Shown: positions 39,124-48,814, counted from the whole stretch's first letter. The stretch is DNA of 63,930 nucleotides, filler included, from an uncultured Myxococcia bacterium (GCA_964617105.1; 5 parts of 5 records of this genome joined end to end with filler, not necessarily neighbours in it), one strand, 5' to 3'. Made by a program: numbers and translations. The notes: a model not told the origin generated them from the sequence alone.

Positions 39124-41556
39124 GGGTATTTTACTCATCTGGGTCTGGTATTCTTCATTTTCGCTCAATCGGCGGTTATCGCTATGAGATTTGCCAAAGC
39201 CTATCACCGGGGTGAAAGATTAAACCTGGCTTTGAATTCCGCCAACCTCAAATTGGAAAACGCCTTTAACCTAATAAAAGAACAGGAGCGGGCCAGAACC
39301 ATATTTTTTCACAATACCTCCCACGAACTACGCACTCCCCTAAATGGTATTATTGGTTTTTTAGACCTGATAACTTCCGGTCATTATGGTCAGGCTGCCT
39401 CTCCTATTGCAAACCAGGTAAAAAAGATAACCAGCCTGGCCCATTCCCTTAAACATCAGGTAAACACTATCCTGGATTTAGCCAAATCCAAGCGGGGAGA
39501 ACTGGTTCTTGCTCCCGCCCGGGTGGATCTGAGAGAGATCGTTGAAGAGAGCAGAGTGCTGGCCGAGGGTTTGATGATGAAAAAGGACAATGTTTCCTTT
39601 ACATTGGAACATTCCTGGCCGATAGAACAGGATGGGCAGTCAGAACCCCAATGTTTTCTGGTCACAGATCGGGAAAAGGTGCTTACCATATTACGAAACC
39701 TTTTGGGTAATGCCTTTAAATTTGCCCGGACCGACCAGCACAACCAGATAAAACTATACTTTGACCTCACCGATAATGAAAAATTAAAATTGCAAATTTC
39801 AGATACCGGCATTGGAATACCAGAGAGCCAGCAAGACAAAATCTTTGATGAATTCAAACAGGTGGATGATGATTCCCGCCGCTCCTTTGAAGGAACCGGA
39901 CTGGGATTAGCGCTAGTAAACAAAATAGTCGATCTGATCTCCGGAACTATAAAACTAAACTCCACCGAAGGAGTTGGGAGCACCTTTACAATAGAACTGC
40001 CGGCCATCAAATCCCAAGAAGTGATCTTGCCTCAGAAGGAAAAAATACCGGAAATCTCTGTGACTCCGCAGGCAATCTCCAAAACCGGAGATAGTGCTGA
40101 AAGCGAAAAGACTGTGCCGATTAGCCAGGAAGCGCCTGGGACAATAGAAACAGATCAAAACATAATTCTGGCCAAAGAGAAAGAAAACAATTCTCAATAT
40201 ACTATAATGGTAGTGGATGACAATGAGATAAATGTTGAAGTTTTCAGCGAACTTTTAAACTCCAGGGGCTATCAAGTAGTTGAGTCCTTTGGCGGTCGTG
40301 ATGCCCTGACCAAAATTAAGGATGACCCTCCGGATCTAGTGCTATTGGATTTGATGATGCCGGATGTTTCAGGAGAAGATGTGCTCACGGAGTTGAAAAA
40401 TACGGAACAGTTGGCCGACTTGCCAGTAATCATCATTACTGCCCGCGCCTCTCAAGAGGATCGCATTTTTGGATTAGAACTGGGCGCTGATGATTACCTG
40501 GCCAAACCAGTTATTGGCAATGAGTTACTTTTAAGGGTGAAGACTCTGATAAATCGAATCGAGTTGACGGACAAGATAGCCAGAGCAGAAGAGATGGTGA
40601 TCCACAGAGAAAAAATGGCCCAATTGGGCGAAATGCTGAGTTATCTTTCCCATGAATTAAAAAATATCTATACCGCTATTGGAATCGGCATGCCCCGGGC
40701 CAGAGTACAAATAGAAAACTTAATTTTATCATTGTCTCCGGAGAATTTGCAATGGAATGGGGTGTTGGAGGCCATATTTATATCTTCATCTTTGCCTGCC
40801 TTTAAACAAAACCAGAGAAAATCTCAGTTAAAAACAATTGGTCAAAACCCAAACATAGACAAACAGCGCAAAATGGAGATGATTTTTCTTCTTTCACGTC
40901 TTGACACCGAAGACTCTGACATTGTTCAACTTTTTGAGCAACTAAACCAGGAAGATAAAATGGTTTTCAACAACCTGGCCGATATTATGGGATTAGCCCG
41001 TTCTTTTGCCAACATGCGCCACTCGTCCCAAACCGCCCACACCTTGATGATGTCGGCATTGAATCATGTCAGGGAAAAAGGAGACATGGAAAATAAAACT
41101 GAATTAAACCAGGTGATTAATTCCTGCCTTACCTTGCTGGATAAAAAACTCAGCGTATCACAAATAAATCTTCGGATTGATCTGCCGGAACAAGTAATGT
41201 TAAAAATCCACAGCGGTCAACTTCACCAAATAATCCTCAATCTGCTGTTAAATGCCCATGATGCTTTCCAACATGACAAAAACTCAGGCCGTACCCGATA
41301 TATAAAAATCGATTTTGTATCGGAAAATTCAAACGGTATCGTTTCTGTAGAAGATAATGGTTCCGGTATTCCGGAGGAGATAAAAGAAACTATTTTCGAA
41401 CGTTTTTATTCCACCAAAGGTAAAAAAGGCAGTGGAATAGGTCTTTTTGTCTCCAAACGGCTGGCAGAAAAAAACCAGGGGCAGTTGACAGTGAAATCAC
41501 AGCCAGGAAAAACGGTTTTTAAACTTAATTTACCCTTAGGAGGCTTACAAAAATAA
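39124..41556 (+). CDS. Membrane hybrid sensor kinase HisKA-HATPase-REC-HisKA-HATPase (5' partial)
   Basis: Frame open from contig start through a last TM (GLVFFIFAQS); SHELRTPL, NAFKF, GTGLGL; VVDDN...LDLMMP...KP; SHELKN, NLLLNA, GSGIGL. Confidence 0.92.
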   Translation, partial: GYFTHLGLVFFIFAQSAVIAMRFAKAYHRGERLNLALNSANLKLENAFNLIKEQERARTIFFHNTSHELRTPLNGIIGFLDLITSGHYGQAASPIANQVKKITSLAHSLKHQVNTILDLAKSKRGELVLAPARVDLREIVEESRVLAEGLMMKKDNVSFTLEHSWPIEQDGQSEPQCFLVTDREKVLTILRNLLGNAFKFARTDQHNQIKLYFDLTDNEKLKLQISDTGIGIPESQQDKIFDEFKQVDDDSRRSFEGTGLGLALVNKIVDLISGTIKLNSTEGVGSTFTIELPAIKSQEVILPQKEKIPEISVTPQAISKTGDSAESEKTVPISQEAPGTIETDQNIILAKEKENNSQYTIMVVDDNEINVEVFSELLNSRGYQVVESFGGRDALTKIKDDPPDLVLLDLMMPDVSGEDVLTELKNTEQLADLPVIIITARASQEDRIFGLELGADDYLAKPVIGNELLLRVKTLINRIELTDKIARAEEMVIHREKMAQLGEMLSYLSHELKNIYTAIGIGMPRARVQIENLILSLSPENLQWNGVLEAIFISSSLPAFKQNQRKSQLKTIGQNPNIDKQRKMEMIFLLSRLDTEDSDIVQLFEQLNQEDKMVFNNLADIMGLARSFANMRHSSQTAHTLMMSALNHVREKGDMENKTELNQVINSCLTLLDKKLSVSQINLRIDLPEQVMLKIHSGQLHQIILNLLLNAHDAFQHDKNSGRTRYIKIDFVSENSNGIVSVEDNGSGIPEEIKETIFERFYSTKGKKGSGIGLFVSKRLAEKNQGQLTVKSQPGKTVFKLNLPLGGLQK

Positions 41557-41591
41557 GTTTATCAAGTTGCAGTCCGGGAAACAACTAATAT

Positions 41592-41620
41592 TTGACACTG
41601 AAGTTAAACTTTGCTATACT
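41592..41620 (+). promoter_or_regulatory. Sigma70 promoter with extended -10
   Basis: TTGACA-17 bp (ending TGC)-TATACT, about 70 nt before ATG 41693. Confidence 0.75.
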
Positions 41621-41692
41621 CCAGCGGTAATGAGTGGCGAAGTATGATTTGTCATAAATTTTTAAACTTTCCAAACTTATAAAGTTAAGGAT

Positions 41693-42076
41693 ATGCCCTG
41701 TAAAAATATTTCTATAGAAAAGGGTGCCGGAGAGGTTTTAGCCGAGCCAATTATAGATAAAAGGGGTCGCACATTGCTAAAAGAGGGGGTCACCCTTGCC
41801 CCTTTACATATAAAACTGCTCAAAAAAATTGGCATCAAAAAAATTCCAATTATTAAAGAGGAGATAAAGGAGGAGCCGGCAAAAAGTAGTTCCCTGCCAA
41901 TCCAGGAGGATCCCAACAACCTATTGCCCGATTGCAAAAAAGGATTGACCCTGGAAAATCTGGAAATGCTATTTAAACGGCGGCTAGACAACGAAAAAAT
42001 GCAGATACTATTCGGGGTAGTCAAAAACTTTATTGAAAATACTTTATCAACCAGGGACAAAGGACAAGTAAGATGA
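41693..42076 (+). CDS. Hypothetical protein resembling the small accessory domain of HD-GYP proteins
   Basis: GEVLAEPIIDKRGRTLLKEGVTL...IKLLKKIGI pattern; ATGA overlap with the next gene. Confidence 0.65.
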   Translation: MPCKNISIEKGAGEVLAEPIIDKRGRTLLKEGVTLAPLHIKLLKKIGIKKIPIIKEEIKEEPAKSSSLPIQEDPNNLLPDCKKGLTLENLEMLFKRRLDNEKMQILFGVVKNFIENTLSTRDKGQVR

Positions 42077-42450
42077 GCGTAGATAAACTAGAAACCTGTT
42101 TTTTAATTGTCGATGATTCCCGATTTACCCGCTTGAAAATAAAGGGTTATTTAGAGAAAAAAGGCTATAGCGTAGTCGGGGAAGCAGAAAATGGGATCGA
42201 AGCGATAAAGAAATTCAAAGAACTATCACCTTCCCATCTCATTTTAGACCTCAATATGCCCCACATGGATGGTATGAAATGCCTGCAATTTATCCAAAAA
42301 ATAGACAAGAATGTTAAAGCAGTGGTGGTTTCATCCGGGCTTTCTAATAACAAAATTAGCGAATTAAAAGGGTTAGGAATTAAATCTTTTGTCAACAAGC
42401 CCATTGAAGTAGATGAGTTTTATAAAGTGATACAAGATCTGACCGCTTAA
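42073..42450 (+). CDS. Single-domain CheY-like response regulator
   Basis: LIVDDS, GEAENG, LDLNMPHMDG, KP. Confidence 0.92.
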   Translation: MSVDKLETCFLIVDDSRFTRLKIKGYLEKKGYSVVGEAENGIEAIKKFKELSPSHLILDLNMPHMDGMKCLQFIQKIDKNVKAVVVSSGLSNNKISELKGLGIKSFVNKPIEVDEFYKVIQDLTA

Positions 42451-42499
42451 GATAATTGAAAGAACCAGGATGTAATCCTTCCAATCAAATAAAAACTTA

Positions 42500-43333
42500 A
42501 TGATTCTACCCCCTCCAACCAAAATACCCCCTTCATTTCCTAAAAAAGTAACTTTACCCAATTTTCATTGCCAAATAACTGTTCCTTCAGATTTCGAACA
42601 TATATCCAAAGTAATCAACCACTTTAATTATCTTTTTCAGCCTGTCGATATAGTTGGCGACCGCCTGGACAGACTAGTACTCTCTCTTAGTGAAGCGGCT
42701 AACAACGCTTTAGAACACGGAAATAAATTTAATCAAGAAAAAACAACCTGTATTAGTATGCGGTTGTGTAAAAATTATCTAGTCATTAGAGTGGAAGATC
42801 AGGGCGATGGCTTCAACTGGCGCGCCATAGATATGGAAAAATTGCCCGATGTTACCAAGCCTAATGGCAGAGGACTTTTTCTAATCAATAAGTTCATGGA
42901 CAAGATGATCTTTAATGATAAGGGCAACCAGGTAACCATGTTGAAATGTCTGGGAAAAGCCACCTCATTTCAAATACAGATTTCTACCCGGGGAAAAATG
43001 ATTCTGGCTAGACTGCTGGGTGTCTTTGACCGAGAAAATGCCAAATTGTTCAGGACCGCCTGGAATAGTTGGATATCTAAAGGTTATATCCAGGTTGTAG
43101 TAGTTCTAAAAAACCTGGAAGTGCTCACCAATTCGGGGGTACGAGAACTTTTAAACCTCAGCCGCTGTTTGAGTGAAAAAGGCGGCGGTATGCGACTGTG
43201 CAACACCAATGATGTGATAAACAGATCTGATTGTAAAGCAGGCCCCCTCAAACTTTTCGCTGAATTCGACGACACTGAAGGGGCCATAAAAGAGATTAAG
43301 CATTTTCAGACCAGGCCAATACCACCCCGGTAA
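42500..43333 (+). CDS. RsbW-like anti-sigma kinase domain fused to STAS domain
   Basis: SEAANNALEHGN, DQGDGF, GRGLFLI...MD; C-terminal STAS-like LGVFD...LEVLTNSGVREL. Confidence 0.82.
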   Translation: MILPPPTKIPPSFPKKVTLPNFHCQITVPSDFEHISKVINHFNYLFQPVDIVGDRLDRLVLSLSEAANNALEHGNKFNQEKTTCISMRLCKNYLVIRVEDQGDGFNWRAIDMEKLPDVTKPNGRGLFLINKFMDKMIFNDKGNQVTMLKCLGKATSFQIQISTRGKMILARLLGVFDRENAKLFRTAWNSWISKGYIQVVVVLKNLEVLTNSGVRELLNLSRCLSEKGGGMRLCNTNDVINRSDCKAGPLKLFAEFDDTEGAIKEIKHFQTRPIPPR

Positions 43334-43499
43334 TCAGCAATAACAGGCCTGCCAACATCCAGCCCAAATAACTCTCATTCAGGCTGCCGCGGGAACCAAT
43401 GGAAAATCCTCCACTATTGCTGTAGAGTAGTCCATCAGCATAAACCGGGCTCGTGAAAAGAAGAAAAACAATTATGGTTTTTAGTAGTGTTCTCTTCAT
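43296..43499 (-). CDS. Small exported membrane-anchored protein (67 aa)
   Basis: Signal peptide ending VYA, short Gly/Ser linker, C-terminal TM; AGGGG RBS; upstream sigma54 motif. Confidence 0.55.
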   Translation of the reverse strand: MKRTLLKTIIVFLLFTSPVYADGLLYSNSGGFSIGSRGSLNESYLGWMLAGLLLLITGVVLAWSENA

Positions 43500-43561
43500 G
43501 GTTACTTCCCCCTATTTGTTGGTTAAAAACTCTCATCTGTTGTGCAATGATTTCTATATAG

Positions 43562-43577
43562 TGCGAAAGGTATGCCA
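43562..43577 (-). promoter_or_regulatory. Sigma54 promoter
   Basis: Minus strand TGGCATACCTTTCGCA, GG-N10-GC, about 60 nt before ATG 43499. Confidence 0.6.
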
Positions 43578-43846
43578 TAATTGATAAAAACAGATGCCCC
43601 GCTCCTGGTTAGCGCATTAAATAAACGTTATTTCAGGTAGTTACAAGCACCAACCCGTATATCAAATGCCTATGACTGTCTGCTCTAATGACCAAAATTG
43701 TCCTGCAATAAGTTGCTCTAAAATTTCACGCTGTGTAGATTTTTTTCAACAGAAGGGTTATAACGGATAAAGAACACCGTAGTATTGGCATTTTATCTTC
43801 GCGGCGTTCATGGGTTTTGTTATTACATTGTTAATATAAGTAAGGA

Positions 43847-44758
43847 TTGTATGGAATGAGTGCTACTGGAACCTGGATATATATTTCATTAATGGTAATA
43901 GGGAGTGGGTTGCTGATATACGCTTTGGAGTTTAGAAAGGAGGAGATACCTCTTCTACCGGCTGATTTGCCCATTTATCTCTCTGAGCAGACCAAATTAC
44001 CGGCCCAGGTAGCCGCGGAAAAAATAGCCTTTATTGAAATTGGCAACCAGGTACCCGACCATAAAGATCAGTTAGGAAACCAGTTTAAAATTGCCATGTT
44101 ATTTTTTCAACTGGCCGATAGTTCCGAAACCGAAAACCAAGACAACGCTCATTACAGCATAGAAAAGACCATAAAATTTCTCTCGCAAAGAGGCTTTCGT
44201 AAACCCAAAAGTGATTCACAAACCCAGCCTAAACCGCAGATTATGTCCAGAGGTTTAGTGAAGATAATAATCTTTGGTCCGGATATCTGCCCTCGTAAGG
44301 GTAAACGGACCGCTTGCCAGCAGGCCCTTCAAAATAGTCTGAAAGAGTCTCGCCTGATTTATATAAGCAGTCACCGCAACTCCCTGCGCCTACTGATAGA
44401 TGAGGGAATATCTTTTCCAGATAATTATGCTATTTACTTCCTGGATGTTTGCTGGTCTTGCCAATACTTTGCCCGTCCTATCTGGCTGGCCAGTAAAAAG
44501 CAGGCCGAGATAATCTGTGCTGCCAACCGCACCGTTACCGGCAGTGTGTCTTCATTTTTTAGACTTATTGAGGCAGTAGCGCCTTTGGGAGCGTCCCTGA
44601 TGGGCTCGAAAAAAGACTCCTGGAAAAATATCTTGCTGGATATCAACAATATGGCTATTTCCAGAGCCAACCAGCGTCAAAAGATGACAGAGATTAAACC
44701 CTCTGACCGTGAAAATGAAGTATATCTATTGGTTACAAAACCTGAAATCACCAATTGA
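43847..44758 (+). CDS. Hypothetical membrane-anchored protein
   Basis: 303-aa ORF with N-terminal TM; LIYISSH and IYFLDVCWS motifs. Confidence 0.65.
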   Translation: MYGMSATGTWIYISLMVIGSGLLIYALEFRKEEIPLLPADLPIYLSEQTKLPAQVAAEKIAFIEIGNQVPDHKDQLGNQFKIAMLFFQLADSSETENQDNAHYSIEKTIKFLSQRGFRKPKSDSQTQPKPQIMSRGLVKIIIFGPDICPRKGKRTACQQALQNSLKESRLIYISSHRNSLRLLIDEGISFPDNYAIYFLDVCWSCQYFARPIWLASKKQAEIICAANRTVTGSVSSFFRLIEAVAPLGASLMGSKKDSWKNILLDINNMAISRANQRQKMTEIKPSDRENEVYLLVTKPEITN

Positions 44759-44784
44759 CTCGACCACCGAGGTGGTGGATAATT

Positions 44785-45327
44785 TTAAATCCTCTCCATA
44801 AAAGGCTCGAAACTCATAAAATCGGCGTGGTGGGTGATCAGCGATTCAGTGGTTCTTTTACCCAGATTGCCCTCTTTGGCATGGGTGGCGATCATGTGGC
44901 AAACCTCATCTGGCAAGTCGAAACGCATGGCTAAGGCTACGCCGCTGAAAGGATGGCGTAAATATTTTCCCCGCTTGCTGACCACAGCCTTGCCCTGTTC
45001 ATCTTTTTGATATTCTAAAAGTTTGCCAACATCGATCAAAATAGCCCCGGCTATCAGGATATCCATTTTAATTGGTAACTGGTCACCATAAAATTTCTGC
45101 ATAACTTTGGCCGACTCCACAGCGATATGCACCACCGACCGTTTGTGAGCCATAAAGGATACCTGGCAGTCTTTGGCCAACAGGGTAAAAGGGATTTTTT
45201 CTAAATCTTCTGGCTCCAAAGGGCTCTGTTCCAGGGCATAGCACCATACCTGCAACACCTTTTCGCGTAAATCATCCGCTTTGATCCATTGAATTTCGGG
45301 CCACATTTTCATAACTTTTTCCTGCAT
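44785..45327 (-). CDS. HD-domain family phosphohydrolase-like protein
   Basis: IPFTLL, H, GAILIDVGK, LRHPFSG, H...H, HHAD; TAAGGAG RBS six nt before ATG 45327. Confidence 0.85.
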   Translation of the reverse strand: MQEKVMKMWPEIQWIKADDLREKVLQVWCYALEQSPLEPEDLEKIPFTLLAKDCQVSFMAHKRSVVHIAVESAKVMQKFYGDQLPIKMDILIAGAILIDVGKLLEYQKDEQGKAVVSKRGKYLRHPFSGVALAMRFDLPDEVCHMIATHAKEGNLGKRTTESLITHHADFMSFEPFMERI

Positions 45328-45371
45328 AATCATCTCCTTATATCTCCTATGGCCGTGCATCTGCACGGAAT

Positions 45372-46283
45372 TTAAATCAGGCTGCCGCGTAACTGTTCCA
45401 GGGAAAATAGTTTATGGGTGGCCAGATAGTCTTCCAACCCATCGGTTATCTCCTGGGCGGCTCCTGGATTGACAAAATTGGCGGTTCCCACCTGGATGGC
45501 TGAAGCACCAACTAATATGAACTCCGCTGCATCCTGCCAATTGCTGATTCCCCCCATACCGATTACCGGTATACCTACCCGCCGGCATACCTGCCAGACC
45601 ATTCGCAGAGCCACCGGCTTAATAGCCGGTCCCGATAATCCGCCCAAAATATTGGCCAATTTGGGACGGCGGCTCTCCAGGTCCACCGCCATGCCCAACA
45701 GAGTGTTAATCAGCGAGATGGCGTCTGCACCAGCATCCTCAACCGCCGCTGCTATAGAAGCGATGTCAGTAACATTGGGGCTCAATTTTACCACCACTGG
45801 TTTTTGACAACATTTACGCACCTGGGCCACAACCTGGTGGGCGCTTTCTGGGCTGGAAGAGAAATTGAGGCCATCTTTTTTGATATTGGGGCAGGAGATA
45901 TTGACCTCCACTCCCCAAATATCATCCAACTTATCCAGAGCCGCCGCCATTTGGCCGTATTCTTCCACCGTGTTTCCGAAAATATTGACTATCACCGGGC
46001 AAGGCAAATCTTTATAACCGGGTACCTCCTCCTGTATAAACCGCTGTAGACCTATATTTTCCAAGCCAATGGCATTGAGCATTCCAGCCGCGGTTTCACA
46101 GATCCGGGGAGGCGGATTACCTCGCTTAGGCTGCAATGAGAGACCTTTGGTTACAATCGCTCCCAGGCGGCTGTAGTCCAATAGATTAAGATACTCGTGG
46201 CCATAACCAAAGGTGCCAGAAGCGGTCAACACCGGCCAATTGAGGTAATTGTTTCCTATCTTTACTGATAAATCAGGTTTCAT
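45372..46283 (-). CDS. pyrD: Dihydroorotate dehydrogenase family 1B catalytic subunit
   Basis: ASGTFG, NAIGL, EVNISCPN, KLSPNVT, INTL, GGLSGPAIKP. Confidence 0.96.
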   Translation of the reverse strand: MKPDLSVKIGNNYLNWPVLTASGTFGYGHEYLNLLDYSRLGAIVTKGLSLQPKRGNPPPRICETAAGMLNAIGLENIGLQRFIQEEVPGYKDLPCPVIVNIFGNTVEEYGQMAAALDKLDDIWGVEVNISCPNIKKDGLNFSSSPESAHQVVAQVRKCCQKPVVVKLSPNVTDIASIAAAVEDAGADAISLINTLLGMAVDLESRRPKLANILGGLSGPAIKPVALRMVWQVCRRVGIPVIGMGGISNWQDAAEFILVGASAIQVGTANFVNPGAAQEITDGLEDYLATHKLFSLEQLRGSLI

Positions 46284-46325
46284 AGTCTTTCACTTTCAAT
46301 AAACAATAGTCGCTCTAAAAAAGGG

Positions 46326-47234
46326 TTAAACTGCACAACCCAAACTGTCAAAGGAGAATACCGGTCCCTCCTTGCATACCTGCAAATACTCCCCGTTACT
46401 CCCCACCACCATGCAACCCAGGCAGACTCCCATACCGCATGCCATGGGCGCTTCCAGAGAGGCCTCTCCCTTAAGAGATCTCTGCTCACAAATCTTCACC
46501 ACTGCATCGGTCATAGGCTCCGGCCCACAACACACCGTCCACTCCGGGAGGTCTTCATCCTTTTTTTTCTGCAAATGTTGTTGCCAAAGTTGGCAAACAT
46601 CTCCTTTTAATCCCCTACTGCCATCATCGGTAGCAATATCCACTCTAAGGCCGGCATCCACAAACCGTTGCCAGGATATTTCTGGTATTTCCTGCTCTTC
46701 AGCAGCGCCTACAAACATGGTCCAATTGGCAAAAGGATTGGAGGAAACACTTTGGTACCGCCATTCTAAAATGGTTAGCAGCGGAGCAACCCCAATACCT
46801 CCGGCCAGTAAGTGCACCCGCCGGGCCTGCTGAAATTTTTGCAAGTCAAAGCCTCCGCCAATGGGCCCTAAAACCGACACTGAACCTCCTTCCAGACGTT
46901 GAAGGAGTCTGGTTCCCCGCCCCTTTACTTTAATTAGAAAATAAAGCAAGTCTGCTTCCTGACAACAACTCACTTTGGTTTCTCGGCAATTGGAATCGCA
47001 ATCACAGTCATGTTCAGATGGATCTGGCAAGCCAAAACCGCTGCTAAAACTAAAAGGTCTGGCCAATAAAGGATCGCGGGTCCAGTCGCCCCTTACCATA
47101 GCAAACTGTCCAGGCACCACCAGGTTTTTAATCCGGGTTGATTTAACCGCAATAAAAAATATGCCCGCTCCCACCTCTTCCTGGTAAACCAGAGGACATT
47201 TTTCATAAATAGTGTCTGGGGTTATACTGCCCAT
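46326..47234 (-). CDS. pyrK: Dihydroorotate dehydrogenase electron transfer subunit
   Basis: PGQF, RPFS, GGIGVAP, TDDGS, CGP, MACGMGVCLGC...VCKEGPVF; upstream of pyrD. Confidence 0.92.
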   Translation of the reverse strand: MGSITPDTIYEKCPLVYQEEVGAGIFFIAVKSTRIKNLVVPGQFAMVRGDWTRDPLLARPFSFSSGFGLPDPSEHDCDCDSNCRETKVSCCQEADLLYFLIKVKGRGTRLLQRLEGGSVSVLGPIGGGFDLQKFQQARRVHLLAGGIGVAPLLTILEWRYQSVSSNPFANWTMFVGAAEEQEIPEISWQRFVDAGLRVDIATDDGSRGLKGDVCQLWQQHLQKKKDEDLPEWTVCCGPEPMTDAVVKICEQRSLKGEASLEAPMACGMGVCLGCMVVGSNGEYLQVCKEGPVFSFDSLGCAV

Positions 47235-47407
47235 TTTTTTACCTTTTTTATCTGTATTAGTCCACAAGAGTCCTGCTCAATCGCTAATTTCTACTAATAT
47301 TTGCTACAATTTCCGGATGGTCTTTGGTAGTTTTTTGGTCCAATTAGCAAATTGTGCTATAGTTTACATTTTTAAGATATTTTTGGCAACCGAACAAAAG
47401 GAGAGCC

Positions 47408-48814
47408 ATGTTTAATAATGTAAAAAAAGTCTACTTTATTGGCATCTGTGGTACTGCCATGGGAAATGCAGCGGTTATGATTAAAAAATTGGGGGTGGAG
47501 GTAAGGGGATCTGACAGTGGTATCTATCCACCCATGAGCGATTTTCTTCAGGAAAACGGCATCGAAATACTGGATGGTTTTACCCCCCATCATCTGGACT
47601 GGTCACCTGATCTGGTGGTGGTGGGCAATGCTGTTTCTCGAGGAAATCCAGAGGTGGAAGAGGTTTTAGACCGCCAATTGCACTATATCTCCTTGCCGGA
47701 ATTGCTAAAAGAGTTTTTTATCAGGGGTAAAAACTCCATTGTGGTTACCGGCACCCACGGCAAGACCACCACCTCTTCCATTTTAGCCCAACTTTACTCT
47801 TTTGCCGACCGCCAACCGGGATTTATTATCGGCGGAGTGCTGCCCAATTTTAACACCGGCTACCGGCTGGGCCAGGGAAACGACTTTATTATCGAAGGAG
47901 ATGAATACGACACCGCTTTTTTCGACAAACGCTCCAAGTTTTTCCACTACTTACCCTTCCGGTTAATTATCAACAACATCGAGTTTGATCACGCCGATAT
48001 CTTCGACTCTCTAGAAGATATCAAACGCTCCTTCAAACTACTTTTACGGGCCGTTCCCAGCCAGGGGTTGGTGGTGACCAATGCCGAAGATCCGGTGGTC
48101 AGAGAGGTGATGAACCTCTGTCACAGCCGGATGGAAACCTATGGGTTTTCCCAGGGTGACTGGTTGATTGTAGATCATCGATTTGACCATGACTGGCTGG
48201 AGTTCTCCCTGACCAGAGAGAATAAACGCTTTGGCCCTTTCAAGGCTCATTTGAGCGGGATGCACAACCTGCAAAATTGTGCTGCCGCCATCATCTGCGG
48301 CCTGGACAACGGCATCGATGAAGATATACTGGCTGCAGGACTGGCTGAATTCATGGGAGTCAAGCGCCGGCTGGAGCATAGGGGCGACTATGGCGGAGTC
48401 ACTATTTACGATGATTTCGCCCACCATCCCACCGCAATAATGGAAACCATAAAGGGGATTAAAACCTCCTATCCGCAGCGAACCACCTGGGCAGTATTCG
48501 AACCCAGGACCAACACTATGCGCAGAAAAAACCTGGCTGGTAATCTGGAAAAGAGTCTGGCTGAGGCCGATAAAGTGCTACTATTGCCGGTGGATCATCC
48601 AGAAAAGATAAAAGCCGCCGAGCGGTTAGACCCCGAACTAATCGTGAAAAACTTGTCTCTTACCGGGAAAAAAGCCTTTGGCCCCCAAACCATGGAGGAA
48701 GCCATAGACATTTTGCAGCAAAATACCTCTCCTGGCGATGTGGTGGTATTTATGAGCAACGGTTCCCTGGAGAAGATGATAATAGAGTATATTGAGCAGA
48801 GGAAAAAATCATAA
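47408..48814 (+). CDS. mpl: Murein peptide ligase
   Basis: GICGTAMG, SRGNP, GTHGKTTT, EGDEYDTAFFDKRSKF, DDFAHHPTA, FEPR, MSNG. Confidence 0.95.
   Translation: MFNNVKKVYFIGICGTAMGNAAVMIKKLGVEVRGSDSGIYPPMSDFLQENGIEILDGFTPHHLDWSPDLVVVGNAVSRGNPEVEEVLDRQLHYISLPELLKEFFIRGKNSIVVTGTHGKTTTSSILAQLYSFADRQPGFIIGGVLPNFNTGYRLGQGNDFIIEGDEYDTAFFDKRSKFFHYLPFRLIINNIEFDHADIFDSLEDIKRSFKLLLRAVPSQGLVVTNAEDPVVREVMNLCHSRMETYGFSQGDWLIVDHRFDHDWLEFSLTRENKRFGPFKAHLSGMHNLQNCAAAIICGLDNGIDEDILAAGLAEFMGVKRRLEHRGDYGGVTIYDDFAHHPTAIMETIKGIKTSYPQRTTWAVFEPRTNTMRRKNLAGNLEKSLAEADKVLLLPVDHPEKIKAAERLDPELIVKNLSLTGKKAFGPQTMEEAIDILQQNTSPGDVVVFMSNGSLEKMIIEYIEQRKKS

Noticed and set aside
38434..41556. Hybrid kinase as part of the T2SS operon
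   Set aside because: Separated by an artificial linker.
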